The notes: a model not told the origin generated them from the letters alone. Shown: positions 19,321 to 29,438, counted from the first letter of the stretch. The stretch is 64,000 nucleotides of DNA from Candidatus Latescibacterota bacterium (GCA_965203805.1 OZ241917.1:4672001-4736000), one strand, 5' to 3'. Numbers and translations are program-made.

Positions 19321-20151
19321 ATGATGAAACTGGGCTGCATGTCGCTGAGCTACAAGGATCTTTTCGCGGCCGGAACGATGGACCTGGAAGGGTTTATCGA
19401 CCGGGCGTACGAACTGAGGCTGGACGGGATCGACGTCCATACGCGGGCGTTTGCGTCCACGGAGCCGGGTTACCTGCGGGATATCCGGATGCAATGCCTG
19501 AAGCGCGGGCTGGCGATTTCCTATATCGGTGTGAGCAACGATTTCGGGAGGCCGGAGCCTGATCTCGCCGGCGCGGTTGCAGAGGTGAAGGAATGGGTGG
19601 ACGTGGCGGCGTTTATGGGGGTCCCGATGGTGCGGATTTTCGCGGCATGGGTGCGCGGCGGCGCGACCGAGGAGGCGGTGTGGGCGCGGATGATGCCGTG
19701 TGTGAAAGAGGTCGCGGCATACGGCGAAGAGAAGGGTGTCGTGCTGGGCCTGCACAACCACAACCACGGGTGCGTCACCCGTACGGGAAAGGACGTGCGT
19801 CGCATCATTGAGACCGTGGACAACCCGTATCTCTCGCATATCCTGGACACCGGACAGTACGTCGGGTCGCCCGGCGCCAGCGGCGCGAACGGCAGGGAGG
19901 ATCCCGCGCTGGACTTTTACGGGAGCATCGCCGAGACGGCGCCGCTGGCCGTGCACGTGCGCGCGAAGATCTACAGGATTCAGACCGGGGAGGAGGCCTG
20001 GCTGGACTACCCCCGAATCTTTGAGATCCTCAGCGGCGTGGATTTTAACGGCTGGGTTTCAGTGGTCTATGAAGGGCAGGCCGTGGAGGCGGAGGAGACG
20101 GCGGTTCCGAAAGCGGTGGACTATCTCAGGCGGTTTGTCCCGGGAGGGTAG
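19321..20151 (+). CDS. Sugar phosphate isomerase/epimerase (AP endonuclease 2 TIM barrel)
   Basis: RIFA, LHNH, LDTG, HVRAK, YEG. Confidence 0.85.
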   Translation: MMKLGCMSLSYKDLFAAGTMDLEGFIDRAYELRLDGIDVHTRAFASTEPGYLRDIRMQCLKRGLAISYIGVSNDFGRPEPDLAGAVAEVKEWVDVAAFMGVPMVRIFAAWVRGGATEEAVWARMMPCVKEVAAYGEEKGVVLGLHNHNHGCVTRTGKDVRRIIETVDNPYLSHILDTGQYVGSPGASGANGREDPALDFYGSIAETAPLAVHVRAKIYRIQTGEEAWLDYPRIFEILSGVDFNGWVSVVYEGQAVEAEETAVPKAVDYLRRFVPGG

Positions 20152-20248
20152 TGCTCTCAGGTTCCGATCAGCCGCTGGCGCCTCGACGAATCTGCGGGGA
20201 TGACCGGGCCAGCGGAGAAACGCCGGATCAGTCAGGGGGACCGGGGCA

Positions 20249-22333
20249 ATGGCCCAGGCGCGTTCAACGGATCACCGGGACCGTTCGGAAGACCCCATGA
20301 CCGCCTGCCTGCCGCGCCTGTCTGCAGCGCAGGGCACTGCGCAGGCAGGCACGCACGCGCAGGCAGGCAGGGCTTGGCGCAGGCAGGCGCGGGGCGGAAT
20401 CACCGCGCGGTCCGTGGTTCTGGGCCTGTTGACGGCGGCCGCGTCGGCCTATTACGGGATTGCCGGGTCGATGGTGCTGCACGTGGGGTCGCTGGTCAAG
20501 TCGAACTTTCCGGTTTCGCTGATCCTGGTATTTACAATCTGGGTGATCATCAATATGGTGATCGCCCGGGTTGCGCCCCGCAGCGTGCTTTCCCGCACGG
20601 AGATGATGGTCATCTTCGCCATGACGTGGATCGCGGGGATGATGCCCGGGGTGGGGTGGACGGGGTATATGACGGGGGCGCTTCCCGCGCCGCACTTCTT
20701 CGCGACCCCTGAGAATCGCTGGGCGGAACTGTTCCTCGACGAGTTGCCGCACTGGGCGTTCCCCGAACCGGTCCCGGAAATTGTGGACCGGTTCTATTTC
20801 GGGTTGCGCAAGGGGGAGAGCGTCCCGTGGTCCGGGTGGCTCGCGCCGGTGGGCTGGTGGCTGGCCGGCAGCCTCGCCATGGTTGGCGTGGCTTTTTTCG
20901 TTACGACGATCTTTCATCGCCAGTGGACCGACGCCGAGCGGTTGACCTATCCGCTGGTCAGTTTTCCCGCGGACCTGACCGAAGGGATCGGGCGCGGTCG
21001 CGCCATTCCAACCCTCTTCCGGTCTCCGGTGTTCTGGCTTGGCTTTTCCTGGACGGCCGGGATCATTTGCTGGAATATCATCACGTTCTGGTATCCGCAG
21101 GTGCCGCGCGTCACGCTGTTCGATTCGGTGAATACCAAGTGGATGGTGGTGGCGCAGAATTTCCCCCGGGTCTATTACCGGATTCTGCCGCTCGTGATCG
21201 GTCTGGGTTATCTGTGCCGCCTGGATCTGCTGTTCAGTTTCTGGTTCATGGGCCTGCTGGCGGTTGTGAAAGTGGGCGTGATGAACCGGACCGGGTTCAC
21301 GGTGGGCCTGGCGGGGCAGCCCTCCACGGGTAATGAAATCGTCAATCTGGAAAGCCATGGCGCAATGACGGTCCTGGTGGTGTGGTCGCTGTGGATGGCC
21401 AGGCGTCACCTTGCGTACGTCGGGAAGAAGGCCTGGGAAGGGGGCGGCGAGGGAGAGGGTCCGGTTTCCTACAGGACCGCGGTCGCGGGGCTCCTGATCT
21501 GCGCGAGCTTTGTCTGCGGCTTCTTCATGGCCGTGGGCCTCTCGTTCAGCCTCGCCCTGGGACAGATGACATTGATGTTCATCGCGTATTTCACGGTGGC
21601 GAAATACATGGCGGCCACGGGGTTCGGGTATCTCGTGCCCGTGGGCGGCAAGGGCGGATGGTGGCTGAAGTCCATCACCGGCACGGCGACGATGGATACC
21701 CAAAACCTGGTCGGGTTGGGGCTTCTGAACAGCAGCGTCTTTTTCGGAGGGGGAAGGCTGCAGACGATTCAGATGCTGCCGCACCACCTGAAGGCGATGG
21801 ACCATCTGAAGGCCCGCCGGGGATGGATTGGCGGGACGGTTTTTGTGGGATTCGTCGTCAGTTTCCTGGTTTGCGTGGGCTTCATCGTCTATTACTGCTA
21901 TACCGAGTCCGCGCTGTTTCTGCGGTCGTGGACGCTGTGGGAGGGGCCGCACGGCATATTCAATGGTCTGGCAACGTCCATCGGCGAAACGGACAGGACC
22001 GTATTCGACCCACAGAAGCTGGGGGTCTGGCTGTTCGGCGCGGCCGAGGCGGGCCTGCTCGCGCTGCTGCGGACGTGGTTCCCATGGTGGCCGCTGCACC
22101 CGCTGGGCCTGGCGTTCCAGTATACGACCGGCCCCAGGTACTATGTGCTGAGCATCATGCTCGTGTGGGCGGCCAAGTTGCTGATCGTGCATTACGGCGG
22201 GCCCCGGCTGTATGAGAAGGCCAAGCCGTTTTTCTACGGGACGGTGATCGGATATTGCGCTGGCATCGGCATCGCACAGGTCGTCGACCTGATCTGGTTT
22301 CCCGGTCATGGGCACGGGTTTCATAATTATTGA
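20249..22333 (+). CDS. DUF6785/DUF6784-type polytopic membrane protein (putative transporter)
   Basis: Many TM helices; FATPENRW, QWxxxERLTYP, WWPLHPLG, GGPRLYEKAKPFF. Confidence 0.8.
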   Translation: MAQARSTDHRDRSEDPMTACLPRLSAAQGTAQAGTHAQAGRAWRRQARGGITARSVVLGLLTAAASAYYGIAGSMVLHVGSLVKSNFPVSLILVFTIWVIINMVIARVAPRSVLSRTEMMVIFAMTWIAGMMPGVGWTGYMTGALPAPHFFATPENRWAELFLDELPHWAFPEPVPEIVDRFYFGLRKGESVPWSGWLAPVGWWLAGSLAMVGVAFFVTTIFHRQWTDAERLTYPLVSFPADLTEGIGRGRAIPTLFRSPVFWLGFSWTAGIICWNIITFWYPQVPRVTLFDSVNTKWMVVAQNFPRVYYRILPLVIGLGYLCRLDLLFSFWFMGLLAVVKVGVMNRTGFTVGLAGQPSTGNEIVNLESHGAMTVLVVWSLWMARRHLAYVGKKAWEGGGEGEGPVSYRTAVAGLLICASFVCGFFMAVGLSFSLALGQMTLMFIAYFTVAKYMAATGFGYLVPVGGKGGWWLKSITGTATMDTQNLVGLGLLNSSVFFGGGRLQTIQMLPHHLKAMDHLKARRGWIGGTVFVGFVVSFLVCVGFIVYYCYTESALFLRSWTLWEGPHGIFNGLATSIGETDRTVFDPQKLGVWLFGAAEAGLLALLRTWFPWWPLHPLGLAFQYTTGPRYYVLSIMLVWAAKLLIVHYGGPRLYEKAKPFFYGTVIGYCAGIGIAQVVDLIWFPGHGHGFHNY
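20303..20388. repeat. Nested GCCTG(C/T)CTGC...GCAGGCAGGC palindromic elements inside the CDS
   Basis: Two left arms and three GCGCAGGCAGGC right arms in 86 bp. Confidence 0.75.
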
Positions 22334-22340
22334 AAAAAGG

Positions 22341-22456
22341 CAGCAGTTGGCTATCAGCTATCAGCGGTCAGCGTGAACAAAAAATCAGCTCACACGAAGA
22401 CACAAAGGAAATCCGGAAACACGCGAAAGGCAGGCAATCACGAGGGTTGCCCCTAC
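22341..22456 (+). repeat. Mosaic intergenic repeat ending in a GTAG-type REP-like hairpin
   Basis: GCTATCA GCTATCA GCGGTCA; GCTCACACGAAGACACAAAGGAAATCCGGAAACAC; GGCAATCACGAGGGTTGCCCCTAC. Confidence 0.85.
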
Positions 22457-22539
22457 AAACCAGGATTTAACGATCAGCCGTAAGATGAGACCGGCTCGCG
22501 AAACGGGTTTCTGATTGGCAACCGGGTGGAGGATGACAG

Positions 22540-23514
22540 ATGAAGGTCTTGTACCTGAACGTACCGGGCATGCTCCAACCGTGGTACGACGACTTCAGGA
22601 CTGCGGTCGGGGAAGGGCATACGGTCTGCCTGTACGATCCCGCGAAACCCATGGCGCCGCAGTTTCAGGACGTGGAGGTGGTGGTGGACCAGGGGGGATC
22701 GGTGGGCACCCGGGCCCTGATCGACGCCGCGCTGGCCGCGCGCGTGAAGCTGTGGCAGGTGCTGGGCACGGGGGTGGACCACGTGGATGTGGCGTATTTC
22801 CTCGAGAAGGGCCTCATGCTTGCCAATACGCCGGGCCCGTTCAGCGCGGTGGCGCTGGCGGAGCACGCGATGTTCCTGATGCTCTATTTCGCGAAGCGGT
22901 TTGACGAGCACGTGCGAAACATCCGGTCGAAGGTGTTCTACTTTCCGGTGAGCGAGGAGCTGGAGGGGAAGACGCTCGGACTTCTCGGGCTGGGCGCGAG
23001 TGGACAGGCCCTGGCGGCGAGGGCGAAAGCGATGGGGATGCGCATCGCGGCCGTGGACGCGCTAGATATACCAAGGGAAAGGCTGGATGAACTTGGGGTT
23101 GAAGTGTTTGCGCCGCCTTGGGAACTGAATACGGTACTCGCGCAGGCGGACTACGTGTCGCTGCACGTGCCGCTGACGTCTCAAACACGGCATATGATCG
23201 ATGCGCAGGCACTGGCGGCGATGAAGCCCACGGCGGTGCTGATCAACGTGGCCAGGGGCGAAATCGCGGATGAGACGGCGCTGGTCGATGCGTTGCGAAG
23301 CGGGCGCATCCGGGGCGCCGGGCTGGACGTGTTCGCCGAGGAGCCTCTGCCGCCCGGCCATCCGTTCCTGCAACTGCCCAACGTCGTCGCAACCCCCCAT
23401 ACCGCCGGGCAGACCTATGGCACGTCGAGGCGGCGAGGGGAGGCCTGCGCGGCGAACGTGAAGCGGGTCGCGCGCGGGCTGGAACCGCTGTACCGGATTA
23501 CCGGGGTGGGCTGA
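22540..23514 (+). CDS. D-2-hydroxyacid dehydrogenase family protein
   Basis: GLGASG, LHVPLT, INVARG, LDVFAEEP, TPHTAG. Confidence 0.92.
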   Translation: MKVLYLNVPGMLQPWYDDFRTAVGEGHTVCLYDPAKPMAPQFQDVEVVVDQGGSVGTRALIDAALAARVKLWQVLGTGVDHVDVAYFLEKGLMLANTPGPFSAVALAEHAMFLMLYFAKRFDEHVRNIRSKVFYFPVSEELEGKTLGLLGLGASGQALAARAKAMGMRIAAVDALDIPRERLDELGVEVFAPPWELNTVLAQADYVSLHVPLTSQTRHMIDAQALAAMKPTAVLINVARGEIADETALVDALRSGRIRGAGLDVFAEEPLPPGHPFLQLPNVVATPHTAGQTYGTSRRRGEACAANVKRVARGLEPLYRITGVG

Positions 23515-23660
23515 GGTCCGCGTGCGGGATGTAGACACCGGTACGCGACTGTAATCACAGTCAACCGGACCGCCCAGTACTTATACAAATACACTTGACA
23601 AACAGTACAGCCTTGTTGTAATTTTTCGAATGTTGCGAAAAAGACAACCAAGGGGGAAGT

Positions 23661-24161
23661 ATGACAAGTATCGCTTTTCCACCAACAGTGATGGCATTCA
23701 ATCAGGGGATGGCAGGCATTGATGTACCTTGGGTTAGCGGGGAGGTTAGAGAAAAAGGCGTCAAATCCTTTGTCAAGATCGCGAGTGAAATGAACAGGGA
23801 TACGAAGCGACATATCGCGTTCCTGCGAAACACGTACAAAGAGGCGGTTAAGTATCCCGATAGAATTAAGCGCCTGATGCCCTATCAGGACATAGACGCG
23901 TCCGTCGAGTATATGGAAAATATCGAGGAAATGTTAAAGAACAGCCTGAAGACTTTCGGCCGGCTTCTCAATAGCGCCGGGCCGGAAACCGACAGCAGGA
24001 AGGTAGACGCGCTAAGTTCTTTGATAGAATCCATTAAAGCGATGATTGGAATGTGCCAGGACCTTCGATGGCATGTGATGATTCACGAGGCTCAGAACGA
24101 ACCTGCGTCAGAAAACGTCTGCGAGTCGCCGGAGGAATTTCTGAAAAAGCTGTGGGAATGA
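23661..24161 (+). CDS. Hypothetical helical protein, possibly an antitoxin
   Basis: Own TTGACA box (23595-23600) and AAGGGGG SD; lower GC; C-terminal ESPEEFLKKL resembles DinJ/RelB tails. Confidence 0.6.
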   Translation: MTSIAFPPTVMAFNQGMAGIDVPWVSGEVREKGVKSFVKIASEMNRDTKRHIAFLRNTYKEAVKYPDRIKRLMPYQDIDASVEYMENIEEMLKNSLKTFGRLLNSAGPETDSRKVDALSSLIESIKAMIGMCQDLRWHVMIHEAQNEPASENVCESPEEFLKKLWE

Positions 24162-24329
24162 TGGAATGGCAAACCACCAGCATTTGCCGATCAGATTGGA
24201 AGAGCCAGGCAGGAGATTCGCCAGACAAGCCCGGAAGTTGCCATAAAAATCCTCAATGCCGGCATCGGCCGCCTTCTCATGGCCGGTAAACATGACGTCG
24301 TATACGAATCTTTGAATCGCGCCAGGTAA
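24158..24329 (+). pseudogene. Frameshifted remnant, possibly a RelE/ParE-like toxin
   Basis: ATGA overlap; MMEWQTT followed in another frame by PAFADQIGRARQEIRQTSPEVAIKILN. Confidence 0.3.
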
Positions 24330-24400
24330 ACCCCACCCCAAGTTTAACGCTCCCTTGCAGGTATACGCCCCCCGCGGCTTTTCTTTACACTCCACGATTC

Positions 24401-25562
24401 TAGTACTTAATTGGTTAAATTAGAGTATTTTTCTTCAAGGGCTTTGGGTCGGACTTTTGTGGATTTCCACTCGAAGGGATGTGCGTTCTCGTTGTAGGCG
24501 TCAATGAAGTGATTGATGGCGGTGCGTAAGTCTCGAATCGAGGTGAAGGAGCCGCCTTTGAGCGCGCTTCTCCACAGGATGCTGAACCAGATTTCGATCT
24601 GGTTGAGCCAGGATGCGTGGGTGGGGGTGTAGTAGAAGTGGACATTGGGATGGCGTGGCAGCCAGCGGTCGTTCTTGGGCTTGTGGGTGTTCAGGTTGTC
24701 GAGGATGATGTGGAGTTCCTGATCGGGGTATTCGGCGACAAGTTCGTTCATAAAGCTCAGAAACTGGCGTCGTTTGCGCCTTTTGTAATGCCCGGCCTTG
24801 ACGAGGCCGGTGGCGACGTTCAATGCAGCGAATAAGGTGGTGGTGCCGTTTCTCTTGTATTCGTGGTTAAAGCCGGTCACGGCCTTGCCGTTGGGCAGCT
24901 TGAGCCATCCCTGTACCCTTTCCAACGCCTGGATCGCGGGCTTTTCATCGACGCACAAGACAATCGCATTTTTGGGAGGTTCCAGATACAACCCCACGAT
25001 GGCTGCGGCCTTGGTGGCAAATTCCGGATCGGTGCTGATACACCAGCTGCGCCTTCTGGCCAGCGAAATGCCGTGGTTGCGCAAGACCTGCCAGACATAG
25101 TGGACAGAAATTCCCAGCTTGTCGGCCAACAACGGACCGGTCCAGTTTCCATAGCCCTTGGGCGGGGCATCGTCCAAGGCCTCCAAAATGCGCTTTTCGC
25201 TTGACTGGTCGTACTTGGCAGGCTTGCCCGATCTCGCCTTGTCCTGCAACCCGGAAAGACCCGACTCGTGAAAGCGCCGGCGCCACTTGCACACCGTGGC
25301 CTCGCGCGTTCCCAGATCCCTGGCGATGTCCCGGTTCGCATCGCCCTGGGACGCTGAAAGAACAATCCGGGCGCGCAGCACATAACGGTGTTGCGTCTTG
25401 CCTGAACGTGTCCAACTCAACAGCGTCTCTTTTTCCTCGTCACGCAACGTGATCAACACGGCGGGGCGGCTCATAGGCGGTCTCCTCTCCACAGTTGAAC
25501 TGAGATCGATTCCCTATGAGCACAAGATATATTATTTCGCTTTTTTTGTCAAGTAAGTACTA
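24401..25562 (-). mobile_element. IS630-family insertion sequence (about 1.16 kb)
   Basis: Ends CTAGTACTTAATTGG and (reverse complement) CTAGTACTTACTTGA; TA at 24401-24402 and 25561-25562 within CTAG; internal TTGACA-17-TATCTT promoter. Confidence 0.93.
24407..25474 (-). CDS. IS630 transposase
   Basis: RARIVL, HTH (KWRRRF...GL..L.D..RSG), DEK, HEYKRNGT, LDN, SWLNQIE. Confidence 0.96.
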   Translation of the reverse strand: MSRPAVLITLRDEEKETLLSWTRSGKTQHRYVLRARIVLSASQGDANRDIARDLGTREATVCKWRRRFHESGLSGLQDKARSGKPAKYDQSSEKRILEALDDAPPKGYGNWTGPLLADKLGISVHYVWQVLRNHGISLARRRSWCISTDPEFATKAAAIVGLYLEPPKNAIVLCVDEKPAIQALERVQGWLKLPNGKAVTGFNHEYKRNGTTTLFAALNVATGLVKAGHYKRRKRRQFLSFMNELVAEYPDQELHIILDNLNTHKPKNDRWLPRHPNVHFYYTPTHASWLNQIEIWFSILWRSALKGGSFTSIRDLRTAINHFIDAYNENAHPFEWKSTKVRPKALEEKYSNLTN

Positions 25563-25928
25563 GACATCCTTAATCACCTCAGTCACCAGCATACCTGCGT
25601 TCCGACCTCACCCTCTGGACAAAACGATCCCCCTGGATGTTGTTACCCTGGGTCACAGTTCTTTTATGAGAAGCATGGATTGTGCGCCTCAAGCGTGTAG
25701 CCCCTGAATTCGACGAAGAGAGGCGAGACGCTGGCTCTTGGACAGACCGTATCGATTGGCTCACCGTAAACGATGCATTGAGTCCCCATGTTTCGGCGGC
25801 CAGTTGATAGTTATTCCTCTTAGGAATATAATCTATGTCAACTATTCGCTTTTGTATTGAATAGGATTCAGTTATCGTCTTGTCCGGGGACATCTCCCGG
25901 ATTCAATGCGTTTGGCCAGGAAAAAATA

Positions 25929-26253
25929 GGCTCACACGAAGGCACATAGGGAATCCGAAAACAACTGAAAGGCGGGCAACCAGAAGAGGCGGTGAGACGT
26001 GAGTCGTAAGACGGGAGATGAAGTGGGTACCTAAAGAACGGGTAGACGCAAGACGGGAGAGGGGAGAGATTGTCCGCCCGGTGTGGTTTCATTTCTTGCC
26101 GGAGGCATAAAGGAAGACTCAATCGGGCAAGGATGTCTTCTGCCGTCTACCGGCTCACGTCTTCCCGCCTTTTGGAGAGGGGGAGCAAAGCGAAATGTCT
26201 TCAAGTGATGACAGTTTCCCCCTTCCTTCGGGAAGGGGGATAGGGGGTAGGTC
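25929..26253 (+). repeat. Stacked repeat modules: GCTCACACG module, AGACG-armed hairpin element, TCCCCCTTCC-TTCG-GGAAGGGGGA hairpin
   Basis: 25929-25992 matches the 16.2 and 22.4 kb copies; about 26060-26170 matches 58370-58481. Confidence 0.85.
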
Positions 26254-26279
26254 AACGTCGTCGCAACGAGGGAAGTAGA

Positions 26280-29200
26280 TTGACCCGCGAAATGGAAATA
26301 GAACTCGACCGGAGAGACGTTTGGCCCGCGGGGCGCGAATCCACGTTGCTGGGCGAGCTTGTCCGGATGGAAATTGCGAAGCATATCTGGGACAGCCGCC
26401 AGAGTTCCAAGCTGACCGGCTTCGAGTACGCGAAGCGCCGGGGAACGCGCAACATGATGAATCCCGCGAGACCGCGTCTGGACCGGCCCCGGGGGCGAAC
26501 GCGTGTCTTCGCGCGCTGGACAGACGAGGTATTGAGGGTCTCCGTCAAATGCGAAGGGCGCAGCGACGGTGAAGACCGCATCGTCGTGGCGATCGCCCGG
26601 GGCGCAGACAGTCTGCTCCAGTTCGAATGTCGTTCCGACGGATCACTGCGGTTGCCTGATGGAGCGGGAGGGCCGACGTTCGAAGTTGAGCAGAGGCGGA
26701 ATGGATGGTCGGCGCGCCTGACGGTACCCTGGGCGATGCTCGGCGTACGTCCACGGCCCGGGCTGCAACTTCCCGTTAACGTCGCGCGGTTCACGGAATG
26801 GACGGACGTGGCTCCGCCAGCGATGTTGCCCGACGGATTCCTGGTCAACGGATTCACGCGCATCCGTCCGGGGCTGGAAGTGAGCACCATGAGCCGGGCG
26901 GTGAGGGTTCCAACCGTAGGGGATCCGCTTCGGGCCGACCGGTTGGGCCGCCTGGTGCTGAGCCCGCGCCTGGAAATCCGGGACTTGAGGCTGCGGGACG
27001 CGGGTCTGACACAGAAGGAACTCTCGATGTATCTGAGTCCATCGGGTGCGGTGCCTGAAACGCTCGACGTTCGGGTCGCGCTTACCGATCCTTGCGGACG
27101 TGAGACTGTATTCGTGGACCGGTCCGGTAGTGAAGGCGACGTGCGGATGCGGCTGGATTATCTGTTCGGCGCATTCAGGGGCTTTCTGTATCCATACCGG
27201 CTTTCGGTTTCGGTATCCGATCCGGAAACTGGCGCGACGCTGGCCGAAGCGCAATGCGAGTTCATGCCGCCCCGGCGAGTCCGCCTGGACCCGCTGAGAC
27301 TGGGCAACGATCAGCGCGGCCGTGGCCGATTCCGTTTGGCCGGGGAAGGCTTGGCAGGTACAGAGTGGCAGGCGACGCTGGTGAACGACGCCGGCGAGGC
27401 GCTGGACAGGGGCAGCGTTCTGGCCGAATCGAACGAGGCGACGTTTGACGTGGCCATTGGCGAAGTGCCCAGAGGGCGGTACAGGCTGCGGCTGACCCCG
27501 ATGGGGTCGAACCCGGACTTCCACCTGGAATGCCCCTGTAACGTGATGGGCGCGAGGCCCAATCCCCTCGTGCTGCTGGGCCCGAAGGACGTCGCCCGTC
27601 TGCGAAATCAGGTGAAACAAGGGGGCCTGAAACCCCATTATGAGACGATGAAAGCCGGCGTTGACGAGATACTTGAACGGGGTACCATCCTGGAGCGCAG
27701 CCTCACGCTCGAGGGGACGGAGATCCGCGAGATCGCAATCGACGACCTGCTCGCCGGTGACGACCTGCTGATGCAGGGTCACCCTGAGGATACGCTCTTT
27801 CAGCGGGACCCCCACCAACTGATGGCCGCGGCGCTCGTGTATCTGATCGAGCGGGAAGACCGGTACGGCCTGCTTGCGGAAAAAATGGTGCGGGTGCTTG
27901 TCGACCACGTTCTCTGGGGAGACCCGAGGGTATACGGGGCGGACGCGGACCTGATGTGGAAGGCGATGTACTGTGCACTGGCGATGGACTGGCTGGGCGA
28001 CCTCATCGCGCCGGATGAGCGCCGGGCGCTCACGGATCGACTGGTCGAGAACGGGCTGCTTGTGTACCAGTGGGCGATGGAGAACGACCAGGCCTACTGG
28101 AAGGGACGAATCGCGAATCTAACGCCGATATCGGATAGTGTGGCATCGGCGCTGGCGCTTTGCCTTCGGGACGAAACGGTGGACGCGGACGCGGTGCTTC
28201 GAATCGCCAGAGAGGATATCGGAACGCCGATGCGCGCGTTTCCGCCGGACGGCTCGTGGCCCGAATCCGTCAACTATTGGGCGGTTTTCCTGCGGGGGGT
28301 CATCCTGCACGGCGCAGCGATGGAGTCCGCGACAGGTACCGACGACGGGGTATTCTCAATGCCCGGAATGAAGGATGCAGGGCATTTCCCCGTATATTTC
28401 ACGCCCAGGGGCGTCCCGGCGGGGTTCAACGACGGGATGAATAGCGGGGCGGCCCCCTTTCTCCACCTGCTGGCGCGACGGTTTGACGAGCCCCTGTTTT
28501 CGCTGTACGCGGACGCGTACGGCGGGGAGGGCGAAAACAGGCGTTCCGACTGGTATACGGTCATGTGGCGTTCCCCCGGTGTCCCCTACCAGCCCCCCGC
28601 TCCGTGCACTGACGTGGCCGACAGACCCGCGCCCCGGGCGCTGGGATCGAAGATGACGGGGTTGAAGCGGCTTCAGGTGTACGAGGAGATCCGGTGGGCA
28701 GCGCTCTCGTCAGATTGGCCCGATCCGGAACTGTACGTGTCATTCAAGAGCGGATACGCCGAGCCCGGTTTCGGCCATACGAGCAGAGACCTGAACGCGA
28801 TGCAGGTGGTGGCCGGAGGAGAACCGCTGATCCGCCGCAGCCACGACTACAGTACGCCGCCTGATGGATACAGCACCACGCTGATCGACGGCAAGCCGCA
28901 GGGTCCCGGAACGGGGACGTTTCTTTATTGGGACGAGGCGGTCAGGCACCTCGCGATTGCGGCGGAAGCGGACAGGTCGTTCGGAGGCGAAATCCGAAGG
29001 GTCCGGCGCCACATTGTCATGGTGGACGGCCGATACCTGGTTGTGCTGGACGAAGTGATGAGTGACAGGCCGGTCAGGGTGACGTTCATGGCGCATACGG
29101 CCGGCGAGATCCTCAACGCGGACGGGAATTGCGAGATTCGGGGAAAGAAGACGCGGCTGTATCTGGCGTTTGCGGGGTCGGAGGTGACGTTGGGCCGCGT

Positions 29201-29438
29201 CGCGCCGCCGGAGTGCGTGATGACGCAACTCACCGACCGGGTGCTGCACGCCACCACCGAGGCGGGCCGAAATGTCGAACTGATAACCCTGATCTGGCCG
29301 GAAACCCATGATGCGGGGGCGCCCGCTTGCAAATGGGACGGCGAACGGCTGGTCGTCCATCGACCGGACGGCGTAAGGGACGAACTGGTATTCGAACGGA
29401 AGGATTCCGATTTGCAATTTCTGCGCGTCCGCGCGTAG
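26280..29438 (+). CDS. Large heparinase II/III-like protein with CBM9-like N-terminus (start uncertain)
   Basis: GWSARLTVPW..LG (CBM9-like); DGSWPESVNYW, FND, GH..DLN, RRHIVMV...LVVLDEV (lyase-like toroid plus Hepar_II_III). Confidence 0.75.
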   Translation: MTREMEIELDRRDVWPAGRESTLLGELVRMEIAKHIWDSRQSSKLTGFEYAKRRGTRNMMNPARPRLDRPRGRTRVFARWTDEVLRVSVKCEGRSDGEDRIVVAIARGADSLLQFECRSDGSLRLPDGAGGPTFEVEQRRNGWSARLTVPWAMLGVRPRPGLQLPVNVARFTEWTDVAPPAMLPDGFLVNGFTRIRPGLEVSTMSRAVRVPTVGDPLRADRLGRLVLSPRLEIRDLRLRDAGLTQKELSMYLSPSGAVPETLDVRVALTDPCGRETVFVDRSGSEGDVRMRLDYLFGAFRGFLYPYRLSVSVSDPETGATLAEAQCEFMPPRRVRLDPLRLGNDQRGRGRFRLAGEGLAGTEWQATLVNDAGEALDRGSVLAESNEATFDVAIGEVPRGRYRLRLTPMGSNPDFHLECPCNVMGARPNPLVLLGPKDVARLRNQVKQGGLKPHYETMKAGVDEILERGTILERSLTLEGTEIREIAIDDLLAGDDLLMQGHPEDTLFQRDPHQLMAAALVYLIEREDRYGLLAEKMVRVLVDHVLWGDPRVYGADADLMWKAMYCALAMDWLGDLIAPDERRALTDRLVENGLLVYQWAMENDQAYWKGRIANLTPISDSVASALALCLRDETVDADAVLRIAREDIGTPMRAFPPDGSWPESVNYWAVFLRGVILHGAAMESATGTDDGVFSMPGMKDAGHFPVYFTPRGVPAGFNDGMNSGAAPFLHLLARRFDEPLFSLYADAYGGEGENRRSDWYTVMWRSPGVPYQPPAPCTDVADRPAPRALGSKMTGLKRLQVYEEIRWAALSSDWPDPELYVSFKSGYAEPGFGHTSRDLNAMQVVAGGEPLIRRSHDYSTPPDGYSTTLIDGKPQGPGTGTFLYWDEAVRHLAIAAEADRSFGGEIRRVRRHIVMVDGRYLVVLDEVMSDRPVRVTFMAHTAGEILNADGNCEIRGKKTRLYLAFAGSEVTLGRVAPPECVMTQLTDRVLHATTEAGRNVELITLIWPETHDAGAPACKWDGERLVVHRPDGVRDELVFERKDSDLQFLRVRA

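Noticed and set aside
20264-22324. 686-aa minus-strand ORF
   Set aside because: Antisense to the membrane-protein gene; shadow-like composition
24159-24329. Possible TGA read-through of the 166-aa ORF
   Set aside because: No redox motif or SECIS; better explained as a frameshifted downstream gene
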